Shown here: piece after piece, positions 14,701 through 25,400 of the stretch
Position numbering within the stretch: the first letter of the stretch is position 1
Layout of the letters: each line of letters starts with the position of its first letter
Origin: Phoronis australis
Taxonomy: Eukaryota; Animalia; Phoronida
DNA length: 64,000 nucleotides
Reading direction: 5' to 3'
NCBI GenBank assembly: GCA_002633005.1
Contig: NMRA01000156.1
Coordinates: 708,488 to 772,487 of the forward strand
Translations under genes and position numbers: made by a program
The notes under the pieces: model-generated
What the model saw: only the letters and a program-made list of their open reading frames with translations
What the model was told of the DNA's origin: nothing
Database searches by the model: none

Positions 14701-16267
14701 CGAAGCCCAGCAGTAGCCTCGAACCCAAACCTGGTCGGCACAGTGCCAAGGAGAGAGCAAAAGAGCGCGCGGTCTCCGAGCCACCCCGACACAAATCTGA
14801 TGACAGGTAATGCTACATTATATTTTTCTGTCAAAATGCGTGACTTGCGTCCAAACTGCATTCACATGTCTGTGATCGAATACACCGCTTCCTTTTTTGC
14901 CTGCGAGTGTTCAGTCTGTGTTCCATCGTTTCCCTTCCAGTACAACAGTTAGTGAAACCCTAGAAGTCAGGGTTCTTTTTCACTAAAATGTTGTAACTTA
15001 ACTACGTTTTTTACACAGTCTGAATGGAGACTACTCCAAGACGCATGACTATGTCAGCACCTTAGACCATCGATATTATAGTTAAACAGACCCGCCACGT
15101 TTAGTTGGAAAATATCATTTCTTTGTTGCATTCTCTAGCATTAATAAAGTTTCACAAGATTTTATTTACTCTTGAGACGGTGCTTTTAATTAGATGGCAG
15201 AAACGTTTATTGGCTTTCAGTAAGGTCGACATGTTGGTTTCCAGACCCCAAAAAATAATGACCAAGGCGGAGCCGAGGGAGTCATTATCATCAAATTTTT
15301 GGGTCTGAAAACCAACGTATTGAACGAGTGTGAAAGTCAATAATGGTTTTTATTATTGTACGATTACATTCGCTTAGTAATTTGTGGAAAGAGGCTATAT
15401 TTGAGGTTTCTATCTTATTTCACTCATTTGGTCAGTCGGCTAGCAGTTTTTAAGCCAAAACGTGGAGAGATTTTAATAAAATTTCCAGGGATGCATGAAA
15501 TGCACAAAGGAGCAATGAATTTGTTTTGGGATTGATACAATGTTTTGCGGTCAAACAACGATTGTTTTTAATCCAAAACAATCAACAAATGTCATTTGAT
15601 TATGTCAGTGCTATCACAAACTGCGCATCTGCACGCTCACCACGCATGCCGAAGTCTACGTAAATGACATCTAGACAAAATAAGTGGCATTTTAGCCTTT
15701 GAAAACGAGAACCTTTTGTACAGTGGGGTGACAATGGGAACTTTGATGCTTTGATGGAGGTCTTGCATTCACCGAGTGGTTTATATAAGGCTTTCAAGAC
15801 TATTGACTTCGGTGAAATACTGATGGTGCAGTAGTAAATTAGTGGCTTGTGAATGGAAAGATCCCAGGATTGAATCGCGATGAGATCTCCATTACTGCTC
15901 AAAAAGTTTTAAAATGAATTAAAACAGTGTTACCACAGCAGTGGTCAATATGAAATTTGACTCTGAAATATTGACCGCGGGTTAGTTTTAACTTCATAAT
16001 TTATCCAAGTTGTAATAATTGGATATAGTCCACTCATCAACCTGCTCTGAGACAAATGCCACTGAAAATATAGTTTAAAATACATGTCGTTTCAAGGAGT
16101 ATGGTTTCAGAAAGTATGGATAACTTTTGTTTTGCAACCTTTTGAGAGCACTTGCTCTGTTTGATGTAAATGCACTTTAGTTATCTCTTGGCATATGTCA
16201 CTGCAGGTTCACACGGCCACAAGACGAGCCTTTCTCCAAGACAAGTGGGGTCAGCTTGCGAAAGTGA
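2625..16267 (+). CDS. AGBL4: Cytosolic carboxypeptidase 6 (tubulin deglutamylase, M14 family), spliced gene; first coding exon not found in window
   Basis: Ten GT-AG exons join in consistent phase into [18 protein letters not shown]...RVWFNF...[21 protein letters not shown]...[11 protein letters not shown]...[14 protein letters not shown]...DLNRHW...DIHAHS...YTLEVS...[16 protein letters not shown], matching CCP6 as I recall it. Zn ligands (HPGE, HAH) and the catalytic Glu are intact. Confidence 0.95.
3701..3825 (+). CDS. AGBL4: AGBL4 exon ([42 protein letters not shown])
   Basis: ctctag acceptor, GTGAG donor; CCP N-domain motifs. Confidence 0.95.
4872..5447. repeat. Compound (CTA)n/(CTAGTACTACTA)n microsatellite
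   Basis: Directly visible; explains spurious ORF 4821..5450. Confidence 0.97.
5589..5683 (+). CDS. AGBL4: AGBL4 exon ([32 protein letters not shown])
   Basis: ttccag acceptor, GTAGG donor, phase 0/2. Confidence 0.93.
5922..5964 (+). ncRNA. Degenerate hammerhead ribozyme motif
   Basis: ACC-CCGATGA-AG-GGCCCA-CGA-TGGGCT-C-GAAA-GCTA-GGT; core U4 replaced by C. Confidence 0.5.
6235..6739. mobile_element. Harbinger-like MITE; inverted diverged copy at 56304-56813
   Basis: Ends GAGTCTTTCATACT/AATATGAAAAGGCC with TA-rich flanks; internal homology to 56304-56813. Confidence 0.6.
6934..7150 (+). CDS. AGBL4: AGBL4 exon ([29 protein letters not shown]...YPYSY...LLTLTV)
   Basis: tcacag acceptor, GTAAG donor; overlaps ORF 6956..7168; YPYSY motif. 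Confidence 0.95.
8704..8839 (+). CDS. AGBL4: AGBL4 exon ([13 protein letters not shown]...[15 protein letters not shown])
   Basis: ttacag acceptor, GTACT donor; HPGE zinc-binding motif. Confidence 0.95.
9367..9481 (+). CDS. AGBL4: AGBL4 exon ([39 protein letters not shown])
   Basis: ttttag acceptor, GTAAG donor; NPDG motif. Confidence 0.95.
10684..10795 (+). CDS. AGBL4: AGBL4 exon ([37 protein letters not shown])
   Basis: ttatag acceptor, GTGAG donor; DLNR motif. Confidence 0.95.
10805..11140. repeat. Diverged ~55-60-bp tandem repeat
   Basis: Recurrent GGAGTCACTGGATCATTGTGG...ATTGCATTGTTATG. Confidence 0.6.
11344..11546 (+). CDS. AGBL4: AGBL4 exon ([14 protein letters not shown]...KAGAARR)
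   Basis: ctgcag acceptor, GTATT donor; within ORF 11335..11580; DIHAHS zinc ligand. Confidence 0.95.
12359..12471 (+). CDS. AGBL4: AGBL4 exon ([37 protein letters not shown])
   Basis: ttacag acceptor; donor is the U12 consensus GTATCCTTT; contains the catalytic Glu (YTLE). Confidence 0.93.
12515..12784. mobile_element. Small TIR element with apparent 5-bp TSD (CAGTA)
   Basis: Imperfect TIR CATGCATGCAACCAG/CTGGCTGCGCGTATG; its left half recurs inside the hAT-like copies (~36256-36360). Confidence 0.6.
13930..14429. mobile_element. hAT-like non-autonomous element with 6-bp TSD (ATTCTA)
   Basis: TIR CAGGGCTTGGAAT...ATTCCAAGCCCTG; ATTCTA on both flanks. Confidence 0.8.
14632..14806 (+). CDS. 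AGBL4: AGBL4 exon ([20 protein letters not shown]...HKSDD); read-through stops at 14810
   Basis: Conserved [14 protein letters not shown]; ends AG|GTAA, which is both a donor and AGG-TAA. Confidence 0.92.
15019..15085 (+). CDS. AGBL4: Candidate alternative terminal exon of AGBL4 ([22 protein letters not shown])
   Basis: tttttacacag acceptor, compatible phase 2, AATAAA at 15143-15148. Confidence 0.5.
16207..16267 (+). CDS. AGBL4: Candidate distal terminal exon of AGBL4 ([20 protein letters not shown])
   Basis: cactgcag acceptor, compatible phase 2, followed by long AU-rich UTR-like sequence. Confidence 0.5.
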
Positions 16268-16701
16268 GGTGCCAAAGTTTTGTCCCCTGTCTGTAAAATA
16301 GCCTCGCCCTTAACGCTTGATGATATTTATGGCAGAATGCACTCGTGGCTTTGAAATACATGAAGTGTTGCTTGTACATTCAAAGTCTCTCTGTTAGATG
16401 GAGTCTCAATAATTGTCGAGAATACAATGTTTATAATTACCCTGAAGGGATTCACTTCCAAAGCTCTCCTGTCAAACACATATTTATTTTTATTTTTTTG
16501 ATTATTTATTTTATTGTTTCCTTGGCAAAACTGTCACATTGTATCATTGAGTTATAATAATAAGTTAATTCTGTTGTTCTCAGAACATAGCATGTTCAAA
16601 CATCTATACTCTAGGTACTGAAGACTTAACTATTCTTATTGTACAATGATCTTTATAGATCTCTTTATCTAAATAAATACCCATAATAAGCTTCAATTAG
16701 T

Positions 16702-16857
16702 TGTCTAAGGCAGACGAGTCAACACATGTCTAAGGCAGACGAGTCAACACATGTCTAAGGCAGACGAGTCAACACATGTCTAAGGCAGACGAGTCAACAC
16801 ATGTCTAAGGCAGACGAGTCAACACATGTCTAAGGCAGACGAGTCAACACATGTCTA
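16702..16857. repeat. Perfect 25-bp minisatellite, 6 copies (TGTCTAAGGCAGACGAGTCAACACA)
   Basis: Units start at 16702, 16727, 16752, 16777, 16802 and 16827; no spacers. Confidence 0.97.
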
Positions 16858-19101
16858 CAAGCTCATTTCAAATACACTTTCTGAGGTAGTAATGCAATAT
16901 CCCAAAATGCCTGGATTTGACGTTGGCTCAACCTTTAGGCAATAATGTTGTGAAAGTGTTGAAATAAATCGGACAGTGACCTGTAATTACCTGTAATGAC
17001 AGCGAAGCACAAGGCAAATTACTCCTTGTGGCATCGTGCCAAGTGCAGGTTGAATTCACCAGTCATTTTGCTCGTTATCTAACTCAACAAACTGCCCATT
17101 TGAGTAGGTAAATCTCAGCTGGGCTATGTCACAACAGTAAATTACTTTGTAAACATAGCTTCAACGAATCACCGATTTCAAGAAATAAGGTGGAGCATTA
17201 CGGAAATGTCTGCCTATTTAAAGTGAGTTTTTGGTTTGGGAATATTAATCCATATTTAGGTAAAACAAAGAAAAAATGCATCAAATTATTTACTAACATA
17301 CAATTTAAATTGAGTAAATGAAGCACATTGCTAATGCTTCTGTGGTCACTTGTGAGGAATCCTACTGTCTTGGTGTTAACGTTTTTCTTAATTTCACCGT
17401 GCAATTTGTTCTGGTACCTCTTATATTCCTCATCACACCCATTCATAGTTTTGTGTAAATACTCCTGATTATTATAAGTAATTAATTTTGCATCATTGAT
17501 GGTCAACGTTCTCAAACTAGATCTCGTGTGCATAGCAGTGACAGGCGCTCCTTTCAAGATCTTCGTATGTTTTAGCTCATCACAGTTCTGTAAATCTAGG
17601 GTCTGAACTCTGTGTATGTCCCATTATTTGCACGTGGTAATGGTCAAGGCTCTGATGTGACCGAGGAAATCTGTATAAACAGGTTAACTAATGGATATCC
17701 CTTCTCATACAATGGTCACTTCAAAATTGAATTTTTTAACTATTTTTTATTCTAGTCTGTTGTAACTGTTTATTATTTTTGTACTTAATATGCTGCATCA
17801 AATCTTAATAGTCACGCTTTAAATAGCAATTTCACATGTTTTGTTTTCCTTGTGAGCTCACGAAACGGGCTGGAGAGACAAAGGGAACAATTAAAGCGGC
17901 AAACACTCCTTACATCACAAAAACTAACTTTTCAGTCAGACCACTTTCTTAAGAAGTTGGCTCTTCATGACACGTCATTTTATGATTCCAAGGAATAACG
18001 AAACGTCCGTTCTTTGCAAGTCGAGACCAATTTTGTAGAGTTAAGTGGTCTAAATTCAAAGTTATACTTCTGAGACGGAGTGTGAGTTTATATAGTCGCT
18101 TTAAAATGCCATTTCAACCTTACGTGTACATGTTGCTGTAAACTAAAATATTAAATCTTGCCTACGTCAGCTCACCATAGTTCATTCTTTCCTTAACTCG
18201 GACTAAGTTCCACCCCACTGTTATTCTAATCACACTGCTTTTCATAGAAATCAGATTTTGCCTTTACAGTACCAGACAAAAATGCCATTTCCCCTAATTT
18301 TTGCAAAAATGACCGGTAATAACCATTAGGGCGGCAAACTTCTAATTACAAAGTGGTTTGGCTACCTCACTAACTTTCCTGTCAATTACCCCGTCATTAT
18401 CGGTTATGAGGGAAGACTACAACGACGATGAATTCAGTTTCCACCCAGCCATCTTGACAGGGAATTCTGGTCATTTTGTCAGTCGCATTTGACTTGTACT
18501 GTAGGATAATATCTGCCAGTCCAAATTGTGCAACTTATCACAGTTTTTACTGTTAAATTTAAAAATATTCAGGAGAATGACTTGAAACAAGGGCCATTAT
18601 CACTCAATCATCAACTGTATCCGGCCAACAAATGGTGAATTGCCAGCTTTCACTTCCTAACCATGCATTGTTTGTTCGAGCTCAACTGTAAATTGCTCTC
18701 TTGAGAATCACACAACATATTCAAGAAGCATTACCATTGAAGACGAGATTCATATTTTTGGCATCGAGTACATTTACCTGGATGAAGGTAACATACACCA
18801 TTTTCTAATTACAAACACACACTATCTGCCTGAGTCAAGCTGAACTCTTCACCAGCAAGGGGAGTTTAGCAAATTAATGTCGCCTAACATGGGTAACGGC
18901 CAAGTCAAATAATGTCGCCTAACATGGGTAACAGTCGAGTCAAATGAAACCCCCAATGATGAATGCATGCTGCATGAGATCAGCACCAAGCCACAGTTGT
19001 GCTGAGCGTTTTAGTAGCAAGAAAAGCACATACGAAGCCTCTTTTGGTTCACAGAATTGTCGGATGCTGCGCAATTGTCACCCAACTTCACTAGGCAAAT
19101 T

Positions 19102-19107
19102 TTTATT
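19102..19107 (-). terminator. Candidate polyadenylation signal (AATAAA) of POLR1A
   Basis: TTTATT on +, about 230 nt past the POLR1A stop codon. Confidence 0.5.
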
Positions 19108-19334
19108 GAACCTGTTGAAAATGGACTAGAGCCAAAGCATTGATTGTGACCTGACCCCGTCATCCAGTAGATAGAAACAGTTGCCAAGCAACTACATCAT
19201 CATAGTTCCTAGCAATCCAAGTGCCGAACCAATCTAGTAAGTTCATGTCCACACAGCTGCAGCAGACAAATGACTTTCTATCCATTTCTTCCCCCATCGC
19301 CACCAGGGGTCTCTCCCGTTTTAACCCCAATGAA

Positions 19335-19435
19335 TTAGTTCAGTGGTTGTAGCAAATCAAAACATCCCGTTCCTCCGGAAACAAGCTGACCAGCAACAAT
19401 TCTGGCAGACGGGGACTTCAAGTCATCTCGGTCGC
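19335..19435 (-). CDS. POLR1A: POLR1A last coding exon ([33 protein letters not shown])
   Basis: ttcag acceptor; TAA at 19337-19335. Confidence 0.95.
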
Positions 19436-22400
19436 CTGAAAGGAATATCAGGCCATATTCAAACGTGAAAGTCTCAGGAAATGCACACCATTATGGGGTG
19501 CTACTGAAAAGCAATTACGATATATGCGGACAGTAATAGGACAAAAAAGTGATTCCGTTGAGAGGGGGGAGGGATTGGCCTTCTCACTCATTAAATTACA
19601 GGCATATAACTTCATTAATATTTTAAAAGCACATGACCATGAGTCATGTAGTAAACAGACAGGCAATTCCTGCACCTTTTGTGTCAAAGGTCAATGTCTC
19701 AAAATTATTAGAGATGGTTTTTGAACTTTTTGTTGCTAGCAAAGCTTACCAGACAATGTGGCCGACTTGAGAAAGTGCATAGTGGTCTCGAAGCTCATTT
19801 TCTGCAGTGGCGAAGCAGACGACTCCATGCCGATACGATTGAATGGTTTGTAGACGCCTTCAAAGGTCATATAGTCGGCAACCAATGAAAGATGACGTGG
19901 ATCGACCTCAATACCATAGGCAGCAAACACGTCCTTGATTTCCTGAACAAAGAACAAAAGGGATATAGCGAAAAATACCAAAGGATGTTAGTTTGAGTTG
20001 TAACAGAAAAATAAAAGTCAATTGCAAGTACGGAGCAAAATCAAAAAAATAATGAAATTCAGTTGTTAATTAATCAAATTTGGCTGCATCAAGCATCACT
20101 TTATAAATTGCTAAGGACCTCTGAAGACCAGTTATTTTTGCTTTATTCCACTTTTGCATGAGGAGCCATCAACAACAGAGGACTTAGGATTTCTTTAAAG
20201 GGTCAATAGTTGCAAAAAAACAAATGAAATTTAGAAAACTGTAATGGCGCATTTGACATTTCATCTTTAAAATTATATCAAGTTAAAGTGACAAAAATAA
20301 AATTTGGGCGTCACGATTACAGGCAAACTAACATCTACTTGCACTCAGGTGGGTGACCAGCAATAAAATTGCTCCCACATAAGGATTACAGCAACTAACC
20401 ATCAATAAACCCAACCCCAACTTTTTGTTTCTCTCCATGGAAAGCCTAGTGCCTACTCATGTAATTAAAGACACTTTTTTACATGTTAGTCCACTTCAAA
20501 TGAAACTGATCCCTTTGTCACACTCACACCTTATCACACAGTAATGCTCACCTTGACTATCACCCTGCCTGCAGCCTCTATCCCGTACATGTTGGCCACA
20601 GCGTGAATGTCGTTGCTATAGAGACGGTCAAGGTCAAGGACGTCATCATACTTGAATATTTCCTTGGAAAAGAAAACCCCATGAAAACTAAACAGGCAGT
20701 TTTCGTTAACCATAATTCATCATTTAAAAGATTTTTACGAGTGCACTGAGTTCATATCAACTATTTGAATCTATGAATTCGTATGAATGGCATGACATGA
20801 TTTACACAATAATTGAGAACTAATGGTTTATATAATTTTTCACACAATCGTGATGATTTATATGATTTTTATCACTGAGCAACGATAAATGATCAGATAA
20901 TTTTTTACACAATCATGATAATTTATATGATTTTTATCACTGAGCAATGATAAATGATCAGAGGAGGTTATCCACGGATTATGCTATGAATGACGATCAA
21001 ACTGACAATCATTTATCATCAGCCTAGTGTGAATTCGTATCAGCGGAAATGAACAAATATCACCCAGGTGATATCTATAAATTAAAACCTGCAACAAAAA
21101 TGTAACCACTTAATGACATATCCTCTGCATGGGCACTAGACCTATATGATCATCCAACATTCATCTGGTGTTCACAACTATGCAAAATTACAACAATTCA
21201 ATAAACCTGCTCACCATCATGTTCACCCCCTCTGTCTTAAGTCGGTGTGTGCCTCTCTCTGGGCCCTGTTTCACCTCTGTGAGAAAGCAGCGGGCGATGC
21301 CAGGAGTCTGGTAGACCACTGACCGTCTGGCCTCGGTTTCGATTAATGACGTCATATCAAACTTGCTGTTCAGTAGGCCGAGCTGTAACAGGAAACTAAT
21401 CGTCAAATAAAGGCTTTGCGATTAGAAAAGTGGTCAACTAAGGCGGTAGCAATGGGACACCAAGGGATCAGTCAACCAATTAAAGCTATATTGCCTGGCA
21501 GAGTGGTTAATATTCAAAGCTACTGTGATTGGCTGAGTGGTTAACCAAGCCTATTTTGATTGGACGAGTGATTAAGCAAAGCTATTATCATCATATGAAA
21601 GGTTACCCAAAGCTATTGTGATTGGACGAAAAGTTAACAAAAGGTGAACTGGACAACAAGAGCTGTGGTGTTTGAACAAGTGGTCAACCAAGATCATTAT
21701 GCTCAATAAGTCAGTCATTTTACGCGAAGAGCAATTTGAGACCAAGCATATAACAGTAAGTGGACAGTCTAAATCAAAGTTTAGACAGAAGGCGGCTACG
21801 TCATAACTTTTCAGAAATCAATAAAACAAAATAATGCTCAGTAACCTTCGAACTTTTGATCAAGTTAGGAAACTACTGACACAGCCTGCTAAATCGTCAG
21901 CGTGATGCTTTGGAAAAGATAACCGACAATTGCGGGATGAAACCCTAACTACAGAATCAATCAACTATGCAACGACGGGTTTTGGGGAAACAGTAATTGT
22001 ACAATTGACAGAGCCAGTTTTTGGTGAAGCCAGCAAAATAGTATTTAGTGTGCCTCTAATACACCTCACCTTCAGCGTAACCTCACACCACTCTTCGCGG
22101 CAAACGTCGTATTTGTACTCAGCCACCATCGCGCTCGAACTCAGGACAGACTGCCAAGAGAAGACAAAAAATGAGTAGAAGGTGTTACGCGATGCAATTC
22201 ACGCCATGCATGTTCCTCAATGTACAAACAATGATTTAGTCAACCAACACATCCATGCCATACAGTTCTTATTTTTCAGAAAGGCAGACATCAGAAGACA
22301 AAAAGATGACTCACGTTTAGTCGAGTGGCATCCATTTCCCTCATTTCAGCTCCCCCTTTCTTGGCTTTCTTCGCCAACACTTCAGCACCCGCTACAGGCA

Positions 22401-25400
22401 ATTCCTCTACTCCTTGCACAGCCATCAATTCGTTATCTTCGTCTGAACCAAGATCAGCATCTGCAGGCAAACAAAGTATTTCTTAAGTTTTCGAGTCTAG
22501 CTGCACATGAACTGATAAGGTCACAGCTCACAAATACTTCTATTGACATTGTTTTCCTTGTTTCTCAAGTGCCAACTCCATAATCAAAAATACAACCAAA
22601 AAGTCTATCCTAAACTTCGTCTCCCTTTCAAGCACTGAAGTCAAATAACACACGTTACTTACTTGTTACCATTTAGCAACACCCAAAACTACCTGAGTGT
22701 TTGAAATGTTTCTCAAACTTTGCCTCCCTTTAAGAACACTACCCCCAAACACAAATCTTGTGTAAAAACAGCAATGTCAAAACTGAACATATCTATTTCA
22801 GGCACCAAAAAAGGAACACCACCAAGACCTGCCTACAACAAACCATGTCCATAGCACCAACTATGTTAAAACACTAAATTAAACTCCCACACTCAAACAC
22901 TATCCAAGGTCTAAAGAACAGCCAAAGACCCATCTCAGGATTAACTCAAGCTCTGACAGTAACCAAATTCTACCTAACATGTTCACAAACACTGCCAAAG
23001 GTCCACCAACAATGTTGAAATATTACCAAAGCTCCGCCTATAACAAACTCCGCCTCCAGGCACCCAAAGCTGCATTGCTACAGTAAAAACACTACCGAAA
23101 CTGTGCACGAAACAGTCTTCACCTCCCAAGTTTTAACACTGCCAAGCTTTGCCATTCTTGTCAAAACACCAAAACATTATGCAAGCTTCGCCTGTAACAC
23201 GCTCCTCCTCCCGAGTTCAAACATCGCCTAAGCTCCGTCTCCAGCAACTCACCAGACTCCGCCTCACCACTGTCACCCATCTCTTGTCGCTCTTCCTCTT
23301 CTCCTGCGTAGTCCCGTTCCTGTTGCTGCCGTTCTCGATACTTAGTGGCAGCAGCATCACCATCATTCTGATCATCGTCTGACACATCTTCGTCCTCATT
23401 GGCTGGCTGAGACGGAGCGTCGTCTTCACGCGTGGGTTGCTGGAATCTTGCTTTAATGACTGCTGTCTGAAGTAATCTGTAAGCATGAAAAACCAAATTA
23501 ACAAATTTCAAAGTTGCTACTGGTAAAAAACGTTATGCTCTTGTCAGCACACTAACTTTGGAGTTGCTCAATCGAGGGTGAAGACTTCTTTGTAATGACA
23601 TGATTTTTTGTCATTTGTGGCTTGAAGCTTTGACACAAGACAAAGAACAGAAGCACGCACGTCCCGTCCATTAACAATTGACAAATGCAAGTTTTTGCAC
23701 TCTGTTGTTGAAACTTTACGTAAATTTCAGTGCAATCAATCCTACATGCAAAGACATTATTAGGCAATTTGCTGCAAAGAAATTGGTCTCAACTCAGATC
23801 TCACCGATTCTGGGCTAAATAAAACACTGCTGCTGAAAATTGAACTCAACGAGGATTATCTAAGATCATCTATATTTCTAAAAATATACAAAGCGATAAT
23901 GTCCTACGACTGAGCTTTGAAATTTTTCGTGCATCAGTGAACATCGACTGTGAGGAGAAGAACAACGTGTTTGGAAGACCGAACATTTCTGTTGAGTGAG
24001 TCACATGGTTTGGAGTTATTCTGATCACTGTCTTGTTGCTTACCAGTACAACTTATGAACTGTGATGTTCATCTAGTGTTTTGGTTGTATTGCCGGTCAG
24101 TGACAAATGCTTCCTGATGATGGTTTTATGACAATAAACCGAAATTTTAGCAACTTCATTTTCAACTTTCTCCAGTTACTATGGAGAAAAATGCATGCCA
24201 GGATTGGTCTAGTTTTACAAAAAGTAAAGCCAATATATGTTTCCGAGCAGACATCAACATGAAATGAATGACCTATCGCGCCAGTTTCTCAATTTCCTCA
24301 GTGTCAACACTGCAACTCACGGTGCAACCTAAAGTAAAACTTCGTAACTACTGTAGTAATTTTGCTGCAAAACGGTGATCAGCACGGCACCAGTATTCTA
24401 AGTGTGATGCGAGTGCCCTACTAGTGCACAGCATTGTGATGAATACAGTGGAACCTGAGAGGGCGCTAACGTATGCTGCTGCGCGTTTAGTTATGAACGT
24501 TACCAAATAAAGGAGCACAATGCCTAACACAGTTTCAAGAGCAACGCGGAGCGTTGAAATGTGCCCACGAATGCATTGCAAATGGTGTGCTTTTAGGGTT
24601 ATTCATTTGTATCATAAAAATGGCCACTAGAAAGCGCAAAAACATACAATCCATCCAAAAACAAGAACATGCCATATTTCATAAAAATCTGTCAAGGAAC
24701 TTCAGAGAAACAAAGGAAACAGAATAAAATGAATTGCCACTAGTGGGCACAGTGTCCGTTGGATCCGCCTGAAAGTCGTCGTCATCTGTTGTTAACATCA
24801 TATAAATATACTTACTAAATTTCGTAAAGATCCTGCAAACGGTTTAGGAGATACAGCCATAGGCGTAATAAAACAAAACTGCCACTAGGAGGCGCCATAG
24901 TAGTCGAAATCGTCGGAAAATCATCGTAAACATTCCTCTTTATAGTAAGCACATACAAGCCAATTTCCACAATCATCCTTTGAGCGGTTTGGTTAATAGA
25001 GGGGTGGACGCAAAAAAACTCGAAAACAGTAAAAATGGTCACTAGGTGGCGCAAACTACGTCGAATCCATCCGAAAACGGGAGGATAGCGTCATCTCACA
25101 AATATGTGCCTACATACCAAATTTCATGAAAATCCGTTCTGGACTTTTGAAGATACAAAGGTAAGCGTAAAAAACTAAAATTGCCACTACGGGGCACACC
25201 GGTAGTCGCATCCATCCGAAAGTTCACTTATGGCGTCCCATCCACGGAAGGAAAAAATGTGTAAAATTTCATGAACATGCCTCAAGGCGTTTTGGAGATA
25301 GAGCAGCGGACGCAGGACGGACGGAGATGACGGCATAATGCGTCCTCATAGAAATACGTGGGCGCATAAAAATGAAACCAAATCTGCTCATTTTTTGATT

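Noticed and set aside
16702-16857. CRISPR-like regular repeats (also 58044-58208, 60274-60428, 35957-36080)
   Set aside because: The units are head-to-tail with no unique spacers, there are no cas genes, and the context is eukaryotic; these are minisatellites.
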